DNA of 64,000 nucleotides. It comes from Hydrurus foetidus. Lineage: Eukaryota. Where the stretch lies: NCBI GenBank assembly GCA_900617105.1, contig UYFQ01000083.1, positions 1 to 64,000 of the forward strand, read 5' to 3'. This document shows, piece by piece, positions 34,501 through 46,854 of the stretch (the stretch's first letter is position 1; the number at the start of each line of letters is the position of its first letter). A program made the translations under genes and the position numbers. Under the pieces are notes generated by a model, which was not told where the DNA came from, ran no database searches, and saw nothing but the letters and a program-made list of their open reading frames with translations.

Positions 34501-35996
34501 ATATTATATTACGTAGTTAAGTTGTTTTGTACCATGTGATATTGATTTGTGTAATGTTTCTCTTTGTCGCATTCTGAACGGCTGAACTACTCACGTAGGA
34601 ACGTGCGTGCTCACTAACTCGCTCACTACTCTATGTAGATACTGACTGACTGACTGATTGACTGACTGGCTAACTGACTGACTGACTGACTGACTGACTG
34701 ACTGACTGACTGACTGATTGACTGACTGGCTAACTGACCTTCAAACTACCGAACAATCTTATTTCTGATAATTTCCATCTTCACAATACATTCCTTAATT
34801 AGGAATTAAGTCGGTGCAGTTGTCAGTACGCACTATTGTTCCGAACAGAAGCATACGCACTTGCCTCAGGAATATTCACACGTCATATTTCGGGTGTACT
34901 GCGCAGTACAATGTCGAAACCATACGATATAAGCGGTGATACGATGGGAAAAAGAGTGGGAAGTTTTGAACTCTTGCATGTACTAAAAGAGATCATGCCG
35001 TGTACCGCTGTGACCGACATTGCACTCGATAACAGCGGCAAACAAACAAATAGTGGGGCCACTACCTCGTCCACTACCTCTTCGGAAATCCGTCCCAAAG
35101 GGGAAGAAAACAGCGCCGTAGACCAGTCCACCGCAGCAGCAGCAGATAGTAGGAATGTCATCATTTCTAGTGTGTTTGAAAGTGAACAGGAAATATCTGC
35201 CAAAAAGATGAAACGGCTACAAGTTCTTCTGAAAGATCGGATGTCTACGATGGCACGTACAGAGGTACGTACGTGTGTATTTTTGATTCGGTGTTAATAA
35301 CACTGATCTATTTACTACCTTATTAATCTTCTCTTTTATTTGCTTATTTTTATTTAGATTTATTTATTTACTTACTATCTTTTCTTCGAACCATGAATTG
35401 TTTATTCGTTGCTGATTTGATTCGTGTTATCTGTATTACTCCCTGCATTAATGTGACGAGATGTCCGATACATTTTGAAGCGAATAAGAATGATTAAATC
35501 TTTCTTTCACAATATGATATCCGCGTCCTTTTTTTGTCCAATTTAGGTGCTACTTCAACTCGCTTCACTATTGAATTCCGCTTTATTGGATTGTGTGGTG
35601 AAAACAACGTTTTCAGAATGGGGTGCGTTGTTGTTACATCGAGAAGTACTGGCTGTCGTTCGTACGTTCGATGACGCGTGTGATGAATCGTATTTCAAAA
35701 CTTCCGCAGGCGCTGTGAGAAACAAGTCTACAAATGTGAATGGCGTACCTATTTTAAGTAGCGCTAAAGATGCCTTTTCTCCTTTACTTTGGGCATTAAA
35801 AATACTTACTCTCGACCAACCGGGGGATATTAGAAAATACATAGTGCCAGTATCCGTAACGACTACAGTAATAGACAGTCAAAATGACGGATCTGATAGT
35901 GGACTTTTAACGGAATCGAAAATACGTAAAATAATGGGAAGGCGTACGGATTTTCCGAAAGATGCTGTACTAAATGTGAAAATCGTCATTAAATAG
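31581..35996 (+). CDS. COG4: Conserved oligomeric Golgi complex subunit 4-like (multi-exon)
   Basis: YIALEFGYLSNAIKEAL, VEDVFFLLQ|RVVERALATG and FSEWGALLLHREV resemble COG4; GT-AG introns. Confidence 0.72.
32925..33075. repeat. 15-bp minisatellite (TATCTTATTTGATAA-like, ~10 units) in a COG4 intron
   Basis: Visible tandem array; it generates the spurious ISYLI-repeat ORFs. Confidence 0.9.
34641..34738. repeat. (ACTG)n microsatellite
   Basis: Visible tandem array in an intron. Confidence 0.95.
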
Positions 35997-36850
35997 AATT
36001 CATTTTTCATTTTTAACTTCTTCATTGATTATTTACATTATTTTACCTGATCAATGGATTACCATATATAACATTTTACATGTGCTATTTCTTTCTTTTA
36101 GGGCTTACATAATTTAGAAACGGTTACTTCTTATTCCTTCATATCTGGTCATTCTTCAGTGTTGAAGTGATTCTCAGACCTGCTCCATTTTCTCATTATA
36201 TATCGCGTATCGAGTGCTACTGATTCTCATGGGGATAAAGTCGATGAAACTCATTGATATAAGTGCTTGCAAACGGTCTCTCGCGGCATGGAAAGAGTAA
36301 TGTATCTCTCTTCGAAAAGTTGCTACAGGAAACACTGACACAGAAGTAATGGGCCATGAAACCCTTCCGGTTTCTCACACGGGAAGTGCCGTAGATAACG
36401 CTGCAAGAGTTTCTGCACCTATTTTAGGCACTTCCAGACAAGGATATTCTTCGAGGTAGATTTTTCTGAGTCATAGAAAGTGAGATGCACTGCTGTGATG
36501 ATCTAAAAAAGTACCAGATCAGAAATCGGAACTGCTTTTTGGAGAAGCGATGTATCTTGAATGGTGTGTTGGATTAAGATTTCGTTACGAAGAGCTGTGC
36601 AAAAAATCTACACTCAATACGCTAGGATAAAGATGGTTTAATAAAGACTTTAGAAAGGATTATCGATTATCAACAAATGTACATATTTATTACTCCAGTC
36701 AACACAGTGAGAGGGCTTCGTATATCCCACCATCACACCCTTGAAAGATGTTAACGACTACAGGATCATCAGCTGCATGCACAAGGAATCCATGTTCGTA
36801 ATCCACCACAGGCAAATACTTGAAAGAAACCAATTGGGCTTTTTGTAAAG

Positions 36851-37316
36851 CTATCCAGATAACCCTTGACTACTCTCGAACTCACTTACAGCGGTCTGTG
36901 AAAGTTAAATTATGTGAGGTATTTGGCTTTAGGCACTGTGGCCAATATTAGAGACAGGAGCAAATTAAACTCACATCCCACTTCCTGCTCAAAGTCTCGG
37001 TTTCCAGTTGTAAGTCAGATAATGCAGCATCGAAGACGTTCATGGGAGTCAATTTGTAGTCCATCGTCTCGACGCGGACATGGCAGTCAAATATAAGAGG
37101 GTGCGGCATACGATATCCTGCGAAGCGTACACTCGAGTCTCTCAGTAGCTGTAGCCGTATTAAATTTCCTAATGTGTGATCTTCCTTCGATAGGACAAAA
37201 GTTCCAGCATTCGGTTTTTTGCTGTCTGAAATGTATGCTAATCTGTTTTCGTCACTTTCGTCGAGCCAACGCCATGAAAGCGCGCGGTCTGGTACGTTGA
37301 TAATGTTTGCGGACAT
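36851..37316 (-). CDS. RPB11: RNA polymerase II subunit RPB11 (2 exons)
   Basis: KPNAGTF, KEDHTLGNLIR, FAGYRMPHPL; second exon TAVSEFESSQGLSG*. Confidence 0.93.
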
Positions 37317-37612
37317 ATTTGCGGCAGGGAGGTTATGAAAGTGGTTGTTAATGAGAGAATAGTTGAATAGCGATGCTCTCTCGATCTCGATGGGGCGATC
37401 ATGTAACGTACGACACTGTACAGACGGCTACGTTGGAATTGTTTGTCGCCTAAATCTGATGGGATGGGAAACTCCTGAATCCCTCGCTCATTCCACATTG
37501 CTGGTTGCAGCACATCCATCAGCGACGTTTTAATTCACAAAGTATTTGCATCAGTTACTACCGAAACTATTACGACAGCATAAGCGACTTCAAATAATCT
37601 AACAACAGTAAA

Positions 37613-40600
37613 ATGAGTGCAGTAAATGTCATCATAGGTGACCACTCAAAAAGTCACATGCCCAAGTTGAATGGTGAAATCAAAAGGTTGGCTCATGATT
37701 TTGAGGTTCGTGAACTTCACTCTCAAGAAAGTGATCAGCCAAAGGTACCCACATCGAAACCAACAAATCTCGATTCTGGAAAAGCTGGAGTCTTTTCAGA
37801 ATGTATCGCAGAAGATGTCGAGCTGGAAAAAACTTTCTCCTCTGGTGTAGATTATCTCAACCATGTGATCGGTTGTGAAATCTATCTGCAAATTTCGAGG
37901 ATTAGCACAGACTATCAGCTCTCGCTAATCTCGGTTCAGGAAGGGGATGGAGGGAGCAGCTGTGTTGAGTCGCGATTAGCTGTTCATTTACCAAGCAAAA
38001 TGAGCAAGAAACAGCGCGGTTTCTTTCACATAACTCTGAGGGCAACTTTTCCATGTCTGAGGACCGTAGCAATGTCTGTTGATGAGTGTTCCCAACACTT
38101 TTCTCGAATTATTCATTCGGAACATGCGAATTCGAATGAATCAGGAAACGGGGAAGATTCTATGGGAACAAATAATGACGAACCAATGGAGGAATTAATT
38201 GATGATCAAAATGGTGAGATGGGAGTCTTAGATATGGTTGATGATGAGACCATAACTGTCAATCTGAGTAGCAGTGGATGTCGGAATGATTCTGTTGAAA
38301 CATTATCTGGGATCTGGGTATCAGCTGACAAATGTTTTGCAGAACTGGCAAAAACCACTTTGTCTGTGGCAGATATATTGTCTCTCTATGTCTTTAAAGC
38401 AAATGGTCCTCTGCATGCCAATGCTAGTGCAGGTGTGAGAATAGGTCTGGGATTGTCGAGAGATGACAGAACTAAAGTGTACAGAATAGTGACATCAAAA
38501 TGTCTATCTCTAGATTCCAAAACTATCGAAGATAGAAACAACAAGAAGAAAAAAAAAAATTCTCATGAGAAGAATTGTGTTTCTGCTGATGCCCTTCCTA
38601 AGGAAGAATGTTCGAAATCAATGCTTGTATTCTGGAGAAAAAAAGCGATGAATAATCGTGATAAAAAAGATGAAAATGATGAGCAAACAGAGGCACAAGT
38701 GTTGTACATCGGATTTCATCTTATCAAATTACAAACGGAACATTTACAAGCCATCTCCAGTATTGCATCTGCTATTGGCGTGGCCGTGAATGATATTTCT
38801 TTCTGTGGTATAAAAGATAAAAAAGCTATAACGTACCAAAAGTGCGTACTTACTCTCCGTTCACTTCCTAACAGTAATTCAAGATACAATGAAATTTCCA
38901 CGGAATGTTCTTTGGATGCGCAGGAATGTTTGAAGAATGTTCCTCAAAGTACTTTTAGGAATTATGCCGCAATGATTATCGATATTTTGATGAACAACTT
39001 CCCTTCCGAGTTGCAACTTCAGGTGAGATTTCGTATGCAACAAATAATGTTGTTGATATAACGGGAGCGGAGTAACATGGTTCCTGTTTAGTATGGGGGC
39101 AACGTACTAAACAGGAACCATTTTATTCTCCTCCCGTTATACTTAATACTGAATTTCATCAAAAAGTAAAAGTGATGAGATCGGTCTTTCGTTTCGTTTC
39201 TGTAATTGTGGGTCTTGAGTTGTGATTCCGTATTGGCATTTATCATTACATTGTCTTGATGTTGTACCATCATATACGCAACATGCAGCTATTTCGTATC
39301 ATAACCTATTATGCATTGATACTATGATACGCACATGTTCGTTTCAATATTATCTCACAGTTAAATTTCTTCATTAAAAATACGTTACACTTTCATACAT
39401 TGCACTACAGAATGAGTACATCGAGAAATGCAGTATCGCAAATAAAAGCTTCACAGCGATCAGCGGCATACACCTCACTTCAAGTCCCTTAAGAATTGGA
39501 GACCTATGGGGAAATTACTTTAGAATAAATATAAGAGACATCAATGTCCATTCTGATATGAAAATCAGGAATGTAGCAGACACAGGAGCCACAATAATTA
39601 ATTCAGTGAATCCAATAAACATTATCAAGAACAAAATCAACGAAATTGCAAACAAAGGATTTCCAAATTATTTCGGGTCACAAAGAATGGGATATCAGGA
39701 ATCACAGGTCCAAGATCCAGACTGGAATCTGACCCAAGGTCCGGATGAACATTTTATCCCTTTAGGGCCTACAATTGGTAAATTGCTTCTATGCGGTCTA
39801 TATGGTGACGCGATAAATGCGATCATATTGGGCAGTGCTGCGCAGAGAAAGTTAACGAGTGGGAGTGGGAGTGGGAGTGAAAATATAGATAAAGAGGTAG
39901 AGAAAAGAGGTGCTGGTGGAGTTATTTGGTACGCACGTGAACTTTATTTATCTGGTGCGTCACCAAGTGCAGTATTTAATGCGATGCCAAAAACAGCAGT
40001 TAAAGAAAGAATTGTATTGAAAGCTATGATACGAATGGGATGGAAGAGGAAAATAAATCTTATAAAGAGAAAAAATGATAATCATGACGTAGGCAATAGT
40101 AAAAGCTGTAAAAATGAAAATGATAATGATGTTGTCGATGACTTAGATGAAAGCTCAACGAAAAGCGAATGTATTAATCGAGGAGTTGAGATGTATGAAA
40201 CTCGACAAAAGTGTGAAGGTAATGCCAGAAATAGAAAAAATAGAGACAATAATGACAATAATGAAAATAATGACGATGATAGTAATAGAAATGATACTGA
40301 TAATAGAAATGATGATTATCATAGAATCGATTATGATACCAAAAATAACACAGTTAATATGAATGACAATGATAATAATGGAAAAAAAGGTGACAGTGAT
40401 AATGATAATGATAATGAGGAGTGTGCAGGCAGAGTATTATCTCAATTACCTTACTCCTCTCGATCCCTTTGGGTAAGTTCTTACCAATCTTGGTTGTGGA
40501 ACAGAGTAGCTTCTCACAGACTATTGGAATCTCCAAATAGCGATGGTAGACTGATGGTCATAGAAGGAGATTTAGTGTTTCATTCAGCCCTTCAAATTGC

Positions 40601-42311
40601 TTTGAAAAATGCGGAGAATATTCGTGAGAGTGTGATGATGGCAGATGGTGTGTTAGCAAATGACTGTAACGAAAATCAGCCAAAAAAAGTTAGCGTGAAT
40701 TTGGATGATAATAATGAAAACAATAGCTGTAGCAAATGTAAGGACAGCAATTGTATGAACATCAATGAAAGCAAGGATACGGATGATGAAATCACTACTA
40801 CAAATGATGATAACAATAGTTGTAGTAATGATAATAATTGTAGTGATAATGGTAATGATAAAAGTAATGTTAGTGGTATTAATTCTAGTACACCATTCAT
40901 CCTGGAGGGATCTTGTACCCAAAACATCACACAAAATTCCAAATCCAATCAAATTGAAATAAAAACATCTACCCCTATCCCAACCCTCCTAGCTAACACC
41001 TCAAATCTTGGCGACACAGTGATAGTCCTCACAGCAGAACACATATCGATATTAACGCTTTTTCAACGGGAAGAATTGTTTAAATTAGCCGTAGTACTGC
41101 CGTTATTTGGCCGGAAGATGATTTACCCTGAAAACGCCAATGGCCTGTGAGTCGATTTTATTCTGATTTGAATGTTGTATTATGTTCTTGATTTAATTTA
41201 TTTATGTTAATAATTTTTTCTTTCGCATGACTTTTTCTCTCTCTTCCTTTCTTCCACTAACATTATCACTATCACTTTCAATTCTTTCTTTGCTAACTCA
41301 CCATCCCCTTTTGTTTTACCCGACATAGATTGTTAGTGCAGTATGTGATGTATAATTCACTTCATCTTTTCGGATACTTTCCTCTACAAGCCCTCTACTG
41401 CGCTGCACTGAATTAGACAGGCACTGTCTCATTCTTCACCCTCTTCTACCTTTTACACTATCTCCTTCTCTCATGCACTCCCTATCCCTATTTTCATTTT
41501 CTACAATATTTTCTATCTTATTTTCTATCTTATTTTCTATCTTATTATCAATTCCAGTTTTTACAAGGAATTGTTGAGATCAGAAGGACTAGGGAACATC
41601 CTGGACCTTGGACCGATAGATTCCAGATCTTCGAATACAACTAATAATGATGATAGACTTCATAGTGATGATAAATATGATCATAAAGACAATAATAATA
41701 ACACAGTCGCTGTTACTGCTGTGACTACAGCATCAAACAGTCTATCTTCTGAAATAAACAAAACTGATCTTGGGTCAGATTCCAGATCTGTTGTTCCGGT
41801 CCCGAGAGGAGCATATCGAAAAATAATCGTAAGTACTACACATGCTCATATTTGTGTGTGTGTTTGTTTGTTTGTTTGTCTCTCTGTCTGTCTGTTGTCC
41901 ACTTCACGAAATTTCTCCCAATTGATCAATAGCCTTCTAAAAATATTTCAAAAAACGTTGACGAATTCTGCCATAACTACTTCTGTGAAAACATCGTTGA
42001 TTTTTTTTTCTATTCCTTGTTGCTCAAACCTATTGCTTTTTCCATAAAATTTACTGTCATTTGTGTAGTTTTCCCACTTACAGTTCTGTTTTTATTTATT
42101 GTTGCAGCAACAAGTTTTTAACACTGAAGTACGTCTGGCAGATGATATTTCATCACTTACCGAAGAAAAGAAAAATGACAAGAACAGCGCACGTACAGAA
42201 AGTGACAGTGACGTACGTACGGTGTCCGTTACAGCTTCCTTTGCTCTGCCTGCTGGCTCTTACGCCACTGTGTTCTTGAGAGAAGTGATGAATAACGATG
42301 ATTTCATCTAA
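37613..42311 (+). CDS. PUS7: TruD/PUS7-family pseudouridine synthase with N/D-rich insertions (multi-exon)
   Basis: GIKDKKAITYQ (catalytic D), GDLWGNYFRI, GFPNYFGSQR, SYQSWLWN, GAYRKII, FALPAGSYATVFLRE. Confidence 0.9.
39057..39141. repeat. 85-bp near-perfect inverted repeat (mini-MITE-like) in a PUS7 intron
   Basis: TATAACGGGAG...ATGGTTCCTGTTTAGTA / TACTAAACAGGAACCAT...CTCCCGTTATA. Confidence 0.8.
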
Positions 42312-43698
42312 ATGGATACATTGATGCATTGATAGATGATATCGTTATCGGGATGTAAAAAAAGAAAAAAATCCATTTCAAAGTTAAGAATGCAATCTAA
42401 AATTTAAAATGGATCCTCCACTGCACTGTCATCTTCTATGCGAGGTCATTACTTCTGCTTTGGTTTAAGATTATTACCGGTCAAGACAATCAATTGTATT
42501 TCAGTTTTAAAGTTCGTAATTTGGATGTGAACTTGTAACTTCTAAGACACCATCGTAAATCTTAATTCCGCTACATCTCTATCTGAAGGGAGATTGACAA
42601 TGAAACGCGGAGTGTAGAAGCCATCTTTCAAAAATCATAGACTGTTGTACTGTAACTGTAACTGTCACATGCACACAGACGTCCGTACACACGTGCGTAT
42701 CGCTAATTCTATCCTCGAATATGCATGCAACGACTGTAGCTGGAATTCTGGCAAACGCAGATAAAGGATTTACATAATTGACATAAATAATCTCAAAAAT
42801 GATTTTCCCCTTGTATCTTTTTGATTTGAAAATTTCAGTGGATACTATACGGAACAAATCGAAAAAGGGGTTTTGGATTCTCGTGAATCTTACCCCGAAC
42901 ATGCCGAGCCACATTTTCTTCAAGATTTACTGACTGATCAATAGGTGGCATTGCTAAAGATCCTCTTTTATTTAAGTGGGAAATGTTTGGCACTGAAAAT
43001 AAAAAAATACTTTACCTTCTAAAATTTATTCCAAACTGTTCCCATCGGTGATATCGCAATAAATGCGTTTGTTTGTCAACCCAATGGTGTGTTTTTCGGT
43101 GCACACTTGTGCGATATATTTCCGTATATTTTCTTCACGAAATATTATTTCTGTGATGAACCCAATTCCTTTGTATGTCAAATTCCAAAATGCACCTTAA
43201 ATTAGGTACAAAATCCCAGATCTAAAAATAAAAGAAGAAATCTTTCTTTGTGCTTTGTTTTGCTGTAATTTATTGATAATTAGTTTAATTTCAATTTCAA
43301 CAAATTTCATAGATGGCATTGTAAGGATTTACATTGTGACATTTATTTTCTATCGTAAAGAAATTAGATAAAACAATTTTTAATGCTTGAATTAAATGAA
43401 ACAATTATAATCATGTAATAGCTATCATGTACGTGCATGTGTGAGTATGTACGTATCACGTGCGACCAAAGTACGCAGAGAGTTTTTTCGTTTTCATGTT
43501 ATCATGTTATACGTGCTTACGTACGCACGTACGTAGCACTCTCGTCAGTGATCCATATGGGGAATACTCCACTGATAAAAATACGATTTTGTATCTTGAA
43601 AGCAATTAGAAGTTTGCAGCTGGTCGGAACATAACACATAACAGAGTCGAAGATGAATTGTATAGAAATGGAGATACTGGAATCTGGTCCAAGATCTA

Positions 43699-46019
43699 TC
43701 AATCCATGATTTCCTCGGTATCTTCAAAAGGTTCTCGAAATTCTCTTGTCCACAGAGGAAGAGATATATACGGTTTGTCGTGTAATTGGTACGTAAATTT
43801 GCTCATATAGTAGTAGGTTCTCATGTACATCCCGACCCCAAGGATCTCGGGGGATTCTGCGACATTCCGTCTACTAGAATCAAGTTTTTGTAGTTCCTGT
43901 ACTATTGTGGAAATGGTTCCAAAGCCAAAAAACGAAAGTGCTTCGGGATCATCTATCATTGTCTTCTCGATCCGTTGTAGATTTAAATACGGATTCTTGA
44001 AGAAATCCGTGATAAATGCATCCTCGTCTTTTGAAGTATACGATTTCACAATTTTTGAGTTACTACGAATTCGGAATATTTTGCCGACGAGATTTATTTT
44101 TTCATTATCCTGCATTGTAAGTTGTCTTCCTAATTGGTCTGGACGTATTATATTCGTATTCACCACTGTTGGTGTATTTCCTTTCGGTTTCTTTTTTGCT
44201 TCATCTTTCTTCGATACTAAAGCAAGGTTGATTTTTTCGAGAGTTACTAAGGAAGATTCTGCTTCAACTTCAACCAGAACAGAACGATCCATATACCCTC
44301 TCATACGCGTTATGAAACTTGTGAAAGTGGAAAGCGGTGTTCCTATGAATGTATGTGCATTCGCACACACAACTTGTTCTAACATTCCCAGATGGTTTTG
44401 ATTCATTTCCGATAATTCGGCCGATTCCGTATAATCAGAAAGAAACCGTACAGATCGAAAGGTACGTTGAAAAGGTTCAAAGAATGTACGATTCGTTTCG
44501 TCAGTTGAAATATACACCACCCACTTTTTTCTATTTCCTGGAATTAAACTCAATGTTGAGTCCAGAATATCTTGCGCTTCTAATCTTGTGTGTTTTTGTT
44601 GAAAATCGCCTCTTCTGATATGATATGCTATATAAGACGAATTCATCAACATTAGTCTGTACACCCGTCTATCGTTCCCTTGTTTGTACGATGCTAAAGG
44701 TAATACAGATATTTCTTTTTTCCTTTTACTGATATCCTTCATACTCAGGACTTTCTTAGGAACATTCCCAGGAAAATTCTTAGGAACATTTTTATAACTG
44801 GCAATTTCTGAGTAAAGAAGATCAATAACTCTTCCTGCTGCACAGAATATAACGTCATGATATCTAACTCTGTCTCGCATATATCTTTTGGCACTTCTTT
44901 CTACTGAAGGCTCCGCAAAGAAAAAATAGGAATACCATAAAGTTAATAATCTGTTCTTATCGTGTCCTGGTAAATAGATAGTACGTTGAGAATGGAAGAA
45001 ATTGTTATAAGGATATAATTGTCGTGCCATATCCATTGTTATGTGATCCATTCTCCTCCTTGTTACATCGTGAAATGTTCCATAGATAACAGGTTTATTG
45101 AAATCCTCATTAATTCTTTCCCCTCCTGATATATTAAAAGCCAAAAAAGTTTTTCCAGGAGACCATTGTCTGATGTATGAAGCGCTTTCAAGATAGTCCC
45201 ACAATTTCTGACGTACTAGATCTGTATTCTTCCCAGGTAAAGGTTTTGAAAGAAGTCCTGGCGCTGCAATAGTTGCTAGGAACTCCTTCATTGTAATAGT
45301 TTCTAATCCATTTCCTGCTCTCATTCTGTCGAAATCCAAGAAATCTTCCATAGAAGCTTTGTTATCACCCCATCTTTTGTTCATATCCAGTAGATACAGC
45401 ACAGCATGTGGAGGTAGCACAAGAATTCTTCCTGTCGTATGAGCGAAGAGAATCGCTACTTCAAGAGCTGTGCAAAAAAGCGATAACAATTGTTAGATTG
45501 AGAAGTATTGTCCGATATGCATTATAAAGTAAACGATCAAATTCAGTGGATTATTTTCTTACCCATACGAATGTTATTCCAGCCACCAAGATCAGGTTGG
45601 AATGCAAGATATTTTCGGTTTTCAATGCGCTTCTCCGATAACCCCGAGCTATTGCGAAGTGGGCTTTCAAAACTATCCACTGTGACCTCTTCCCAATATT
45701 TGATCACATTTTCGGATAGCATACACTTCGAAGGAAACTTCAGACTGTGAGGATTTTTGTTAGTGTTCTGTTCATCTTGCATGCGCGAGGTCTGAACAGT
45801 ATCTTTCGAGCTCACGAGAGTTATTTGACGATTTTCAGTGCGCTTCCTAAGTGGATCGAGGTGCCATAACTTATCGCGAGCGTCCGCTGGCCCAAATAGC
45901 AGACTGAGGCTCTTCTCGGATAACAGGTGATCGTCTAGTGCAATCTTTGCGGTATAGAGGCAAATAGCCCCGAAAGCAAATAGTGCTGTGAACACTGGAC
46001 AACTCGTTAGAGTGACCAT
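43699..46019 (-). CDS. GDP-fucose protein O-fucosyltransferase family (POFUT2-like), type II membrane protein
   Basis: N-terminal TM; DLGGWNNIRM|ALE, LVLPP, HIRRGDF, YISTDE, EQVVCANAHTFIGTPLSTFT. Confidence 0.85.
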
Positions 46020-46854
46020 GCTGACCACTCCAAGGTCGATGGCGACCAGTCTATCTGATGTTGGTAAGCAAGAGATAACAGGCGTTATGAGGTTATGAGA
46101 TATGAGGTTAGTTATGAGAAAAGAGAAGAGAGGTCGCCGGTTACACTTCATAGTCTTCGCTCATATCTTAACCTTCAGTTATCGAATCTCACTTCTTAAC
46201 TTCAGTCACCCAGAGGGGCCAGGGTCAACTTTTATCACCTCTCTACTTTAGTCACTTCTTGACTCCGAAACTCACTTCGCAACTCGAACTCACACTCGTC
46301 CACAAAATAGTATTCGACAAGGTTCCCTCCTTCCTGAAATTATAAGAATGAAGTGTCTGACTAAAAGATGCTATTTGGGATACTATTTGCTGTCTGTAAA
46401 GCAATTTTCCTAGCACATTTTTCGTCCAAGGCAAATTTACAAATGGTAGTATCCACCGGATTTGTCGCCAGGGATACTACGTGCTTCGTGTGTGCTTCCA
46501 GCTTCCAGTGCAGTACACAGTAAACATTTCTTCCTGTTGCAAGCAACTACCCAACTATCCTCCGCTGGAGGGATATACAGCACCCCATTGTGTACAGCGT
46601 ACAGAACTTTAATCAATAATCTGTACGATGTATCCGTAGAGTACCGTATACGTCTCATGGTCCCTTCAGTTGTAACTTGTAACCGTCTGTAGTCTGAAAC
46701 AAAATCTATTTCGTAGTATCTTTCATTATTTTAGAACACTTCCTGGAGAACTGAACTCCTGTCAGCGATAGCTTGTGACGTCACCGGCACTAATTTCGTA
46801 GTGTCCTGTGAAAATTACAGAAGTTGTTGTAAATTCATTGTGGTAGCTCGCTCT

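Noticed and set aside
46252..46692. Short overlapping ORFs between the fucosyltransferase and the SPAG1-like gene
   Set aside because: No recognisable motifs; likely divergent promoter or UTR.
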